A stretch of DNA of 64,000 nt from Thermoanaerobaculales bacterium (GTDB taxonomy: Bacteria > Acidobacteriota > Thermoanaerobaculia > Thermoanaerobaculales > Sulfomarinibacteraceae), in NCBI GenBank assembly GCA_035358815.1, contig DAOPQC010000009.1, forward strand, positions 2,405 through 66,404, read 5' to 3'. Made by a program: the position numbers and the translations under genes. Shown here one piece after another: positions 1 through 8,992 of this stretch. The notes below the pieces were generated by a model that saw only the letters and a program-made list of their open reading frames with translations, was not told where the DNA came from and ran no database searches. Position 1 is the stretch's first letter; the number at the start of each line of letters is the position of its first letter.

Positions 1-1
1 C

Positions 2-1492
2 TACGACCCGCACGCCCCCTACGCTCCGCCGCCGGAGCTCGCCGGCGCGAGCGCGCGCGCGCGCTACCTGGGCGAGGTGGCGTTCGTCGACCGCCAGATC
101 GGCCGCCTCCTCGCGGCGGCCGGCCAGCATGCGCCAGCGCTGCTCGTGGCCGCGGTCGGCGACCACGGCGAGGCGCTCGGCGAGCACGGCGAGCGCGGCC
201 ACGGGATCTTCCTGCATGGCGCGACGATCGAGGTGCCGATGATCCTGGCCGGGCCGGGCGTGCCACGGGGACGGGTGGTCGAGGGGCCGGTCGCGATCCG
301 CCGGCTGGCGGCGACCCTGCTCGCCGCCCTCGGTCAGGACGAGGGCCTGCCCGGCCCGCCGTTGCCGGGCGCCTCCGACGCGCCTGCCCCGCCGCCGCTG
401 CCGGTGTTCAGCGAGGCGACCATGCCGGCCGAGGTCTACGGCTGGGCGCCGCTCGCCGCGGTCACGGACGGGCGCTGGCGCCTCATCGCCGCCCCGCGCC
501 CGGAGCTCTACGACGTCGTGGCGGACCCGGGTGAGACCCGCAACCTGATCACCGACCGTCCCGAGGTGGCGGAGCCGCTGCGCGCCGCGCTGGAGGGGCT
601 GGCTTCCCGGCAGCCGGTCGCCGCTGCGGCGGCGGCGCAGCTCGACCGGGGCACTCGCGCCGCCCTGCTCGCCCTCGGCTACCTGGAGGCGGGGCCGGGC
701 TCGCCCACCGATGCCATCGACCCCAAGGACGGGGTCGGCTTGCTCGAGGACTTCGAGCGCGCCAAGAGCCTGCTGGCAACCGGGCGGGCCGCCGAGGCGA
801 GAGCGATCCTGGCAGGGCTGGTCGACCGCAACCCGTCGAACGTGCCGTTCCTGTCGCGGCTGGCAGAGGCCGCGCTGGCGGTCGGCGACGGCGAGGCGGC
901 GCTCGCCACCTGGGGTCGCGCGTCCGAGCTGCAACCGCGGTCGGAGTTCCTGCGGCTCGCGCAGGCCGACGCCTTGCGGCGGCTGGGGCGGGACGACGAG
1001 GCCCGCCGTGCGCTGCGCGGCGTGCTCGAGGTCGACCGGCGCAACGCCCCGGCGTGGCTCGGGCTCGCCGGCCTCGCCGGGGGCGCGGAGGAGGAGCTCG
1101 CGGTGCTGTCCGAGGCGATCGCGGCCGGGACCGACAGCATCGTGGTGCTGCTCCAGGCGGCGCGGCTCGAAGCCGGCCTCGGGCACGCCGCCGCGGCGAG
1201 CTCTCTGCTCGACCGCGCGGCGACCCTGATGCCCGGCGCCGCCGTGGTCTGGCTCGAGCGGGCGCGGCTCGACCAGGCATCGGGCCAGCTCGACGACGCA
1301 CTGGAGGCCTGCCGGCGCGCCGCCGAGGCCGAGCCGGCCGATCCCGAGACGGCCCTGTGCAGCGGACGGGTCTTCATCGCGCGCGGCGAGCCTTCTCGAG
1401 CGCGGCCCCACCTCCTGCGGGCCCAGGTCCTGGGCCGCGGCACTGCGGCCGAGGTCGAGGCGAAGGCCCTCCTCGAGTCGCTGGCCGAGTGA
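2..1492 (+). CDS. Sulfatase-family hydrolase fused to C-terminal TPR-like repeats (5' end cut by window edge)
   Basis: The frame of ORF 77..1492 stays open back to base 2 (YDPHAPYAPPPEL...). Sulfatase C-terminal core motifs DHGEALGEHGERGHGIFL and VPMILAGPG are present. The last ~240 aa are A/L/R-rich helical TPR-like repeats. Confidence 0.8.
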   Translation, partial: YDPHAPYAPPPELAGASARARYLGEVAFVDRQIGRLLAAAGQHAPALLVAAVGDHGEALGEHGERGHGIFLHGATIEVPMILAGPGVPRGRVVEGPVAIRRLAATLLAALGQDEGLPGPPLPGASDAPAPPPLPVFSEATMPAEVYGWAPLAAVTDGRWRLIAAPRPELYDVVADPGETRNLITDRPEVAEPLRAALEGLASRQPVAAAAAAQLDRGTRAALLALGYLEAGPGSPTDAIDPKDGVGLLEDFERAKSLLATGRAAEARAILAGLVDRNPSNVPFLSRLAEAALAVGDGEAALATWGRASELQPRSEFLRLAQADALRRLGRDDEARRALRGVLEVDRRNAPAWLGLAGLAGGAEEELAVLSEAIAAGTDSIVVLLQAARLEAGLGHAAAASSLLDRAATLMPGAAVVWLERARLDQASGQLDDALEACRRAAEAEPADPETALCSGRVFIARGEPSRARPHLLRAQVLGRGTAAEVEAKALLESLAE

Positions 1493-1647
1493 CGGCGCGC
1501 AGGCCGCGCCCCGACGCTGATCATGGCAGGAAGGGGGCTTCCGACCGCGTGGTACAGTCGGCGGGTGCGGACAGACTCCGGGTCTCGGGGCCCCGCCCAG
1601 GCTGGCCGGCGCGCAGTCTGCATCGACGCAGCTGCGCAGGGGCCGCG

Positions 1648-3258
1648 GTGACCGGCGAGCAGCCTTCGACCGGGTGCCAGAGCCCGGGGTCGAGCGGCGG
1701 CCCGAGCCGGCGCATCGCCGACTGGGTGTTCCTCGCCGCCGTCGTTGCGGTCGCCGCCGTGCTCCGCCTGTACCGGCTGGGTGCGGAGGGGCTGTGGTTC
1801 GACGAGGCCAACACGGCGGTGCTTGCCGGGCTCCCGGTGGGCGAGCTGCTCGAGCGGATCACGGTCGACAACCAGGCCCCCCTGTACTTCCTGCTGGTCA
1901 AGGCCGCCACGAGCATCCTGGGATGCTCCGAGTGGGCCGTCAGGTCGGTGTCGGCGGCATCAGGCATCGCGCTGGTGTGCCTGGCCTACGATGTCGGCCG
2001 CCGGTTGCTGTCGAGGGATGCCGCGCGCTGGGCCGCCATCCTGCTCGCCACCAGCCCGATGGCGATTCACTACAGCCAGGAGGCGCGCCCGTACGCGCTG
2101 TTGATGCTGCTCGTGCTGGCCGGTTTCCAGATCGCATGGAGCTTCGACGCGCGGCCGACGTTCGCTCGTGGGCTCGCTCTGGTGGCGGTGTTCCTGGCGG
2201 CGTGCCTGGCGCACAACATCGGACCGTTCTTCGTCGCCGGGCTCGCCCTGGCCAGTGTCTGCTCCGGGCGGCCCGACGCCCGCCGGCTGCGCGCGTGGGG
2301 CGCGGTCCTCGCGGCGACCGCCGTCGGCTACCTCGTCTGGCTCCCCAACCTGCTTCAGCAGGCCACTGGCATGGCTCACTCGTTCGCCTGGGCCCGCGGC
2401 ATCTGGGGCAGCGAGTTCCCGTACCAGATCCCCAGATCGCTGGCCGCGATGACGCACGGGTCGTTGGCGCCGATCCGCAACCGCGTGCCGGACATCGTGT
2501 GGCAGGCCTGGGTCGCCCTCGCGCTGTCGGGGCTGCTCTGGATCGGCGGCCTGCACCGCCGCGCGAGGCTCGCCGATCGGCGTGCGCCCTTGCTGCTGGC
2601 GCTCGCCGGCGTCACGCCACTGCTCGGCATGTGGCTCTACTCCGTCGTCTCCAGGTCGCCGATCTACCTGGTGGGACGAGTCGACAGCCCGGCTCTGCCG
2701 ATGCTCCTGCTGCTCACCGCGAGCGGCGCCGTGGCGATCAAGCCGGGCTGGAGGTGGCTCGGCCCGGGGGCGCTCATCGGCCTCGCCATCCTGCCGCTTC
2801 GGCTGCACCTGGGAATCGATTTCCGGTCGCAGGAACGGACAATGGCCCGCCTGGTCGAGGCCCAGCGTGGGGAAGGTGAGCCACTGATCACCACTGCATT
2901 CGACTGCAGCCTCGTCTACTACACGGATCTCCGGCACGGCGGCACGCTGGTGCTGTACCCGTCCGCGACCGAGCCCTTCCTGGGCTGGGTCGACTGGAGC
3001 AGGTACGACCCGGCAGCGCTCGAGGCGGACGCGGACGCGGTCGCGCTGCAGGCGATGGACCGGGCCCGTCAGAGCGAGTCTGGGAGGGTCTGGCTGCTGC
3101 TCCATCCCGATCCCAGGTACGCCGCGATCGCGACCGCGCTGGCGCGCCGGATGTCGCTGGCCGGCGAGCTGGACTTCGGGTACCTCGGCATCAAGCTGAT
3201 GGTGTACGAGCCGGCCGCGCCGCCCTCCAGGCGCGACGGCACGCTGCCGCAGCGATGA
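1648..3258 (+). CDS. Membrane glycosyltransferase, GT39/ArnT-PMT-like (GT-C fold)
   Basis: Only the C-terminal 536 aa of ORF 1054..3258 look protein-like. In-frame GTG at 1648. Many TM helices. The first loop LYRLGAEGLWFDEANTA carries the acidic DE motif typical of ArnT/PMT-type enzymes. Start is uncertain. Confidence 0.7.
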   Translation: MTGEQPSTGCQSPGSSGGPSRRIADWVFLAAVVAVAAVLRLYRLGAEGLWFDEANTAVLAGLPVGELLERITVDNQAPLYFLLVKAATSILGCSEWAVRSVSAASGIALVCLAYDVGRRLLSRDAARWAAILLATSPMAIHYSQEARPYALLMLLVLAGFQIAWSFDARPTFARGLALVAVFLAACLAHNIGPFFVAGLALASVCSGRPDARRLRAWGAVLAATAVGYLVWLPNLLQQATGMAHSFAWARGIWGSEFPYQIPRSLAAMTHGSLAPIRNRVPDIVWQAWVALALSGLLWIGGLHRRARLADRRAPLLLALAGVTPLLGMWLYSVVSRSPIYLVGRVDSPALPMLLLLTASGAVAIKPGWRWLGPGALIGLAILPLRLHLGIDFRSQERTMARLVEAQRGEGEPLITTAFDCSLVYYTDLRHGGTLVLYPSATEPFLGWVDWSRYDPAALEADADAVALQAMDRARQSESGRVWLLLHPDPRYAAIATALARRMSLAGELDFGYLGIKLMVYEPAAPPSRRDGTLPQR

Positions 3259-3568
3259 GGTCCTCGGGGGCGCTGGTCGCGGTCTGGGGTGCCCCCCCAG
3301 CGGGGCTTGACCCGGTCCTGTCAACCCACTCCAGGCGATGGTAGACTGAGCGGCGGTGGAGGGGAGGAAATTGAGAATCGGCCCGTGTGGACTTCGGCGT
3401 CCCCGGCACGCGTCTTCACGATCGAGCGCTCCAGCCCGGGTCGGCACGGCGGAGCTTCGGTCTTCTCGATGAGGGTCATCGTTGGCTGATGACGGCGGCG
3501 GGTGAACGGCCGCGCGACCGCGATCGGTCCCGTGGCCGCGAAACGCCAACCTTGAAAGGAGGCAGCAC

Positions 3569-6307
3569 ATGTCCGAGCGTCTCACCCTGGACGGCAGGGA
3601 GGTTCCTTTCCGACCGGGACAGACGGTCCTGGAGGTAGCCCGGGAGAACCACGTCAGGATCCCAGCGCTGTGCTACCACCGCAAGACCGGTCCCGCGGGT
3701 CGGTGCCGGGTCTGCGTGGTCGAGGTCGAGGGCCAGCGCGGCCTGGCCACCTCCTGCAACCTTGCCGCCAGGGCGGGGATGGTCGTCCACACCGCCTCCG
3801 AGCGTGTCCTCGAGGTGCGGCGTATGGTCGTCAACCTGCTGCTCTCGAGCGGCGAGCACAACTGCCTCGCCTGCGAGCAGAACGGCCACTGCGAGCTCCA
3901 GGACGCGGCGTACCAGCTCGGCATCGAGACGCCGGCCTTCGTCCTGTCGGGGCCCAAGGCCGAGGTGGACGACTCGAGCGAGATGATCGTCTTCGACCAC
4001 CGCAAGTGCATCCAGTGCGGCCGCTGCATCGCCGCCTGCAACCACGTGGTGGTGAACGAGGTTCTGGGCATGGCCGAGCGGGGCTTCGAGGCCAGGGTCG
4101 TGTGCGACCTCGACCAGCCGATGTCCCGGTCGACCTGCGTCCAGTGCGGCGAGTGCGTTCAGCTCTGCCCGGTGGGCGCGATCATCGACAAGAAGGCCGT
4201 CGGACGGGGCCGCGCCTGGGAGCTCGAGCAGGTCAACACCACCTGCCCCTACTGCGGGGTCGGCTGCCAGGTCACCCTGCACGTGGACCGCGGCGCGAAC
4301 CGGATCGTCCGGGTCACCGGCCGGGAGGTCCCGCCGAACGACGGCATGCTGTGCGTGAAGGGGCGCTTCGGGTACGAGTTTCCGTCGAGCCCCAAGCGGC
4401 TCACCCAGCCGATGGTCCGCAAGAACGGGAAGCTCGAGCCGGTGTCTTGGGACGAGGCGCTCGACTACACGGCGCAGCGGATCGGCGACATCGTCGCCAA
4501 GCACGGGCCCGACGTCTTCTCGGCCTTCGGGTCGGGGCGCATCACCAACGAGAACAACTACGCGATCGCGAAGTTCACGAGGGCGGTCATCAAGACCAAC
4601 AACGTCGATCACTGCGCTCGAACGTGACACGCCCCCACTGTCGCCGGTCTGGCGACAAGCTTCGGCTCGGGCGCGATGACCAACAGCATCCAGGAGCTCC
4701 AGGACGCTGACCTGATCTTCGTGATCGGCTCCAACATGACCGAGGCCCACCCGGTCATCTCGTACTACGTCAAGCGGGCCGTCAACAAGGGGGCGACCCT
4801 GATCGTGAACGATCCGCGGCGGACCGACCTCTGCCGGTGGGCAGCCCACCATGTCCAGATCAAGGTCGGCTCGGACATCGCGTACATCAACGGCCTGATC
4901 AACGAGATCTTCAAGAACGGGTGGGCGAACGAGGACTTCATCAGGGAGCACACCGAGAACCCGGACGAGATGCGCGCCTGGGCCGAGTCGTACCCCGTGG
5001 AGCGCGCCAGCGAGATCTGCGGCGTGCCGGTGGCCAGGATGAAGGAGATCGCCCGGCTGCTCGGCACGGCCAAGTCGGTGAGCGTCTGCTACACCCTGGG
5101 CATCACCGAGCACATCTGCGGCACCGACAACGTGAAGACGCTCGCCAACCTGCAGATGGTCCTGGGCAACCTCGGCAAGCACGGCGCCGGGCTGAACCCG
5201 CTGCGTGGGCAGAACAACGTCCAGGGAGCCTGCGACATGGGCGCCCTGCCCAACGTGTTCCACAACTACCAGCCGGTCACCGACGCCAAGGCGATCGAGA
5301 AGATGGAGAAGGACTGGGGCGTCACCGGCCTGTCGAGGACCGCCGGCTACAAGATGCCCACCATGCTCCACAAGGCGCTCGACGGCGGCACCAGGGTGCT
5401 CTACTGCGTTGCGGACAACACGGTCCAGACCGAGCCGCACATGGCGCACACGATCAAGGAGCTGCAGGCGCTGGAGCTCCTGGTGGTCACCGACATCTTC
5501 CCGAACCTGACCACCGCCCTGGCGCACGTGGTCTTTCCGGACTACAGCTGGGGCGAGGAGGAGGGCACGTTCTCGAACACCGAGCGGCGCGTGCAGCGCG
5601 TGCGCCGGGCCCTCACCCCGCCCGAGGGCTGCCGGCCGAACTGGTGGATCCTCCAGGAGCTCGGCAAGCGGCTGGGCTACGACCTCGGGTTTACGTCGGC
5701 GCGGGCGATCTGGGAGGACATGCGCCGGACCGCGACCAGCTACGCCGGCATCACTCACGAGCGCATCGAGGACGTGGGCCTGCAGTGGCCGTGCCCGACG
5801 CTCGAGCACCCCGGGACGGCGTTCCTGCACAAGGACGGCAAGTTCTCCCGCGGCAAAGGGCTGTTCTGCAAGACCGACTGGATCCCACCGGCCGAGGTCG
5901 TGGACGAGGAGTACCCGCTGGTGCTGTCGACCGGCCGCCGGCTCTGGCACTACCACTCCGGCACGCAGACCCGGAACTCGGTCGGGCTCGAGAACCTCTT
6001 CCCCGAGGAGCTCCTGGAGATGCACCCGACCGATGCCTCTCCGCTCGGGATCGCGAGCGGCGATCTGGTCAAGGCGGTGAGCCGCCGCGGCGAGGTCACG
6101 CTGCGCGCCTGGGTCAACGAGCGCGCGGCGCCCGGCCTGTGCTGGATGGCCTTCCACTTCGAAGAGGCGTGCGCCAACGTGCTCACCATCGATGCGTTCG
6201 ATCCGGTCACCGAGACGGCCGAGTACAAGGTGTGCGCGATCCGGGTCGAGAAGGTCCGGGACGGCGAGGCCCCGATGGAGGACCTCCGACGCCAGGCCCG
6301 GCCCTGA
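3569..6307 (+). CDS. fdhA: Formate dehydrogenase catalytic (alpha) subunit, selenocysteine-containing, NuoG-like N-terminus (912 aa with UGA=Sec at 4625-4627)
   Basis: ORFs 3569..4627 and 4676..6307 share one frame (both start = 2 mod 3). The peptide across the TGA reads [28 protein letters not shown], the conserved Sec/Cys active-site context of FdhF/FdnG. N-terminal 2Fe-2S (CYHRK..CRVC) and 4Fe-4S motifs (CIQCGRCIAAC, CVQCGECVQLCP, CPYCGVGC) are present. RBS is gaaaggagg, 8 nt upstream of the ATG. Confidence 0.9.
4625..4656 (+). promoter_or_regulatory. UGA(Sec) codon plus bacterial SECIS-like hairpin
   Basis: TGA at 4625-4627. A perfect 6-bp stem, gtcgcc (4640-4645) / ggcgac (4651-4656), starts 12 nt downstream. 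Its apical loop GGUCU is the same loop sequence as in the E. coli fdhF SECIS. Confidence 0.75.
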
Positions 6308-6337
6308 GCCGTGCCGGCGGCGGGAAAGGAGACGAAC

Positions 6338-6796
6338 ATGGCAGGCAACCTCGAAATCAAGTCCGTCCTCGACCTGGCGATCGGCCGCGAGGAGGAGGCG
6401 TTCCGCTTCTACTCCGAGGTCTCGGGGCGGGTGGAGAACCCGGGCGTGAAGGAGATCTTCGACCAGCTCGCCAAGGACGAGCTCGGCCACAAGGTGTTTC
6501 TCCAGGCGTGCCTGAAGGACCCGGAGCTCGCCTCCAAGCTCCCGGTGCCGACCGACTACAAGATCGCCGAGGCCACGGCCGAGCCGAGCCTGTCGATCGA
6601 CATGAAGCCGGCCGATGCCCTGGCCGTGGCGATGAAGAAGGAGCTGGGGGCCGCCGAGTTCTACCAGGACCTGGCGAGGTCGGCCTCCGATGCGACGCTC
6701 ACCGCCATGTTCGAGAACCTGGCCCGCATGGAGCTCGGCCACAAGAGCCGGATCGAGCACATGTTCGTGGACATCGGCTACCCGGAGGTCTTCTGA
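6338..6796 (+). CDS. Ferritin-like diiron protein (rubrerythrin N-domain type, no rubredoxin domain)
   Basis: ATG 6338 is preceded by ggaaaggag. Two E...ExxH half-sites (EEEAFRFYSE...DELGHK and ELGAAEFY...MELGHK) typical of four-helix-bundle diiron carboxylate proteins. Confidence 0.7.
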   Translation: MAGNLEIKSVLDLAIGREEEAFRFYSEVSGRVENPGVKEIFDQLAKDELGHKVFLQACLKDPELASKLPVPTDYKIAEATAEPSLSIDMKPADALAVAMKKELGAAEFYQDLARSASDATLTAMFENLARMELGHKSRIEHMFVDIGYPEVF

Positions 6797-6797
6797 C

Positions 6798-8537
6798 ATG
6801 AATCCCCACGCACGAGAGGCGATCCTGGCCCTGGCGGCCTCCTACCCGGCCCCCAAGGCAGCCCTGCTGGGGGCCCTCGAGATCCTGCAGCGGGAGGAGG
6901 GTGGCCACCTCGACGCCGAGGACCTGTCGAACGTCGCGGCCCTGCTGCGGGTGCCGCTGGCGACCGTCTACGCCACCGCCAGCTACTACACCATGCTCAA
7001 CCTCGAGCCGGTGGGCTCCTACCACCTGCAGGTCGACACCAACATCCCGGCCACCCTGGCCGGTGCCGGGGAGCTGCTCGCCCATCTCGAGCGGTCGCTT
7101 GGCATCGGCGTGGGCGAGACCACGCCCGACGGGCTGTTCACGCTCTCGGCCGTGGAGGACCTCGGGTCGTGCGGCACCTGCCCGGTGATCCAGGTCAATG
7201 ACCGGTACTACGAGAACATCACCCCCAAGAAGGCGGACGAGCTGATCGCGAGCCTCCGGCGGGGCGTGATGCCCGACTGGAAGGTCGACGGCAACTGGGC
7301 GAGCGAGTGCAACATCCTGCTCGCCCGCCGCGGCAAGCGCGGCTCGACCGCGCTGGCGGGGTACGTTGCCGACGGCGGCTACCAGGGGCTCGAGAAGGCG
7401 CTCGCGCTGCCGCCGGCCGAGGTCGCCAAGATGGTCCGGGATGCCGTGCTCCGCGGCCGCGGCGGCGCCGGCTTCCCGGCCGGGGTCAAGTGGGGGTTCA
7501 TCCCCAAGGACAACGCCAAGCCGGTCTACCTGATCGCCAACGCGGACGAGGGCGAGCCCGGGACCTTCAAGGACCGCCAGATCATGGAGTTCGACCCGCA
7601 CCTGCTGCTCGAGGGCATGGCGGTGAGCGGCTACGCGGTCGGCGCCCGGCTCGGCTACATCTACATCCGGGGCGAGTTCGCCTGGATCGCCGAGATCCTG
7701 GAGCGGGCGATCGCCGAGGCGCGCGCGGCGGGCAAGCTCGGGACAAACGTCCTCGGACGGGGCGTGGAGTTCGACGTCCGCGTCGTCCGGGGCGCCGGCG
7801 CCTACGTCTGCGGCGAGGAGACCGGGTTGATCGAGTCGCTCGAGGGCAAGCGCGGCAACCCGCGCCTGCGGCCGCCGTACCCGGCGGTCTCGGGCCTGTT
7901 CGGCTGCCCGACCATCGTCAACAACGTCGAGACCCTCGCCTGCGTGCCGTACATCGTCCGCGAGGGCGTCGAGGCATTCCGCAAGATCGGCACGCCCAAC
8001 AACTTCGGTCCCAAGATCTTCGGCGTGTCCGGGCACGTGGCGCGACCGGGGGCCTACGAGTTCCCGCTCGGCGTGCCCCTGGCCAGGGTGATCGAGGCCG
8101 CGGGTGGCGTCGTGGGCGAGCTCAAGGCGGTCATCGTGGGTGGGCTGTCGACGCCGATCCTGACCGCGGAGGAGTCCAGCGGCCTCCTGCTCGACTACGA
8201 CTCGTGTCTGAAGGCCGGCACGGCGCTCGGGTCGGGCGGCGTCATCGTCATGAACGACACGGTCCGGATGCCCGAGATCGCGCTGCGGACCATTCGCTTC
8301 TACGCCCACGAGTCGTGCGGACAGTGCACGCCGTGCCGCCAGGGGTCCGCGGCCATCGAGCAGATGCTCCACCGCGTGGTCCACGGCGGCGGCGCCCCCG
8401 AGGACCTCGAGAACGTCCTCCACCTGTGCAAGAACATCAGAGGGAACACGCTGTGCCCCACGGGCGATGCCCTCGCGATGCCGATCGAGGCCATGATCAG
8501 CAAGTTCCGGCCCGAGTTCGACGCCCTGGTCCGATAG
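6798..8537 (+). CDS. NuoE-like / NuoF fusion: NAD(H)-binding FMN/Fe-S diaphorase subunit of the formate dehydrogenase
   Basis: ATG 6798 overlaps the stop of the upstream gene region (tgacATG). NuoF motifs present: GRGGAGFPAGVKW (FMN), GAGAYVCGEETGLIESLEG (NADH) and ESCGQCTPCRQG...LCPTGD (4Fe-4S). The N-terminal ~160 aa align to the NuoE thioredoxin-like fold. Confidence 0.9.
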   Translation: MNPHAREAILALAASYPAPKAALLGALEILQREEGGHLDAEDLSNVAALLRVPLATVYATASYYTMLNLEPVGSYHLQVDTNIPATLAGAGELLAHLERSLGIGVGETTPDGLFTLSAVEDLGSCGTCPVIQVNDRYYENITPKKADELIASLRRGVMPDWKVDGNWASECNILLARRGKRGSTALAGYVADGGYQGLEKALALPPAEVAKMVRDAVLRGRGGAGFPAGVKWGFIPKDNAKPVYLIANADEGEPGTFKDRQIMEFDPHLLLEGMAVSGYAVGARLGYIYIRGEFAWIAEILERAIAEARAAGKLGTNVLGRGVEFDVRVVRGAGAYVCGEETGLIESLEGKRGNPRLRPPYPAVSGLFGCPTIVNNVETLACVPYIVREGVEAFRKIGTPNNFGPKIFGVSGHVARPGAYEFPLGVPLARVIEAAGGVVGELKAVIVGGLSTPILTAEESSGLLLDYDSCLKAGTALGSGGVIVMNDTVRMPEIALRTIRFYAHESCGQCTPCRQGSAAIEQMLHRVVHGGGAPEDLENVLHLCKNIRGNTLCPTGDALAMPIEAMISKFRPEFDALVR

Positions 8538-8546
8538 GAGAGCGCC

Positions 8547-8930
8547 ATGCCCAAGAAGATCCTGGTGGTTGATGACGACCCGGACATCCAGGAGTTCTGC
8601 CGCACGATCCTCGAGGCGGCGGGCTATCTGGTGGTGTCGGCCGCGAGTGCCCGCGAAGGGCACCAGCAGGTGACAACCGGGAAGCCCGACCTGGTGGTGC
8701 TGGACGTGATCATGGAGGAGGCCGACTCGGGCTTCAAGGTCGCCCAGGACCTGGCCAAGAGCAACCCCGGCCTGCCCATTCTGATGCTGTCCTCGATCGC
8801 CAGCGCGGCGGAGCAGGTGTTCGACACCAGCACCCTGCCGGTGGCGGCGCTGGTCAGCAAGCCGATCACGCCCAGGGAGCTGCTGCAACAGGTCGAGAGG
8901 CTGCTGGCCGCCGGGAAGCGGCCGGCTTGA
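8547..8930 (+). CDS. Single-domain response regulator (CheY-like receiver)
   Basis: VVDDDPD acidic pocket, phospho-acceptor context DLVVLDVIM, LMLSS, and conserved SKPI lysine. Confidence 0.85.
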   Translation: MPKKILVVDDDPDIQEFCRTILEAAGYLVVSAASAREGHQQVTTGKPDLVVLDVIMEEADSGFKVAQDLAKSNPGLPILMLSSIASAAEQVFDTSTLPVAALVSKPITPRELLQQVERLLAAGKRPA

Positions 8931-8992
8931 AGTCAGCCCGCTCCGGTGGGGGCGGGAGCTTGCCCTTCGTCGTAAAGGAAAGGGGGAGAAAC

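Noticed and set aside
3340-3568. Molybdenum-cofactor (Moco) riboswitch upstream of fdhA.
   Set aside because: The context is plausible and the leader ends in gaaaggagg, but I could not recognise the conserved Moco-motif helices or sequence blocks by eye.
4625-4627. fdhA as a pseudogene or two separate genes because of the in-frame TGA.
   Set aside because: The TGA sits at the conserved Sec/Cys active-site position, both halves are in frame and intact, and a SECIS-like hairpin with a GGUCU loop follows. Recoding is the better explanation.
3476-6799. Very long ORFs antisense to, or out of frame with, recognisable genes. Examples: 3476..6799 (-, 1107 aa), 6699..9008 (-), 21797..24829 (+, 1010 aa), 47609..49984 (-), 53068..55635 (+), 25168..27117 (+) and 1960..3585 (-).
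   Set aside because: Their translations are dominated by R/G/P/A/D/H runs with no motifs. They overlap frames that carry clear family signatures. Stop-poor alternative frames are expected at ~70% GC.
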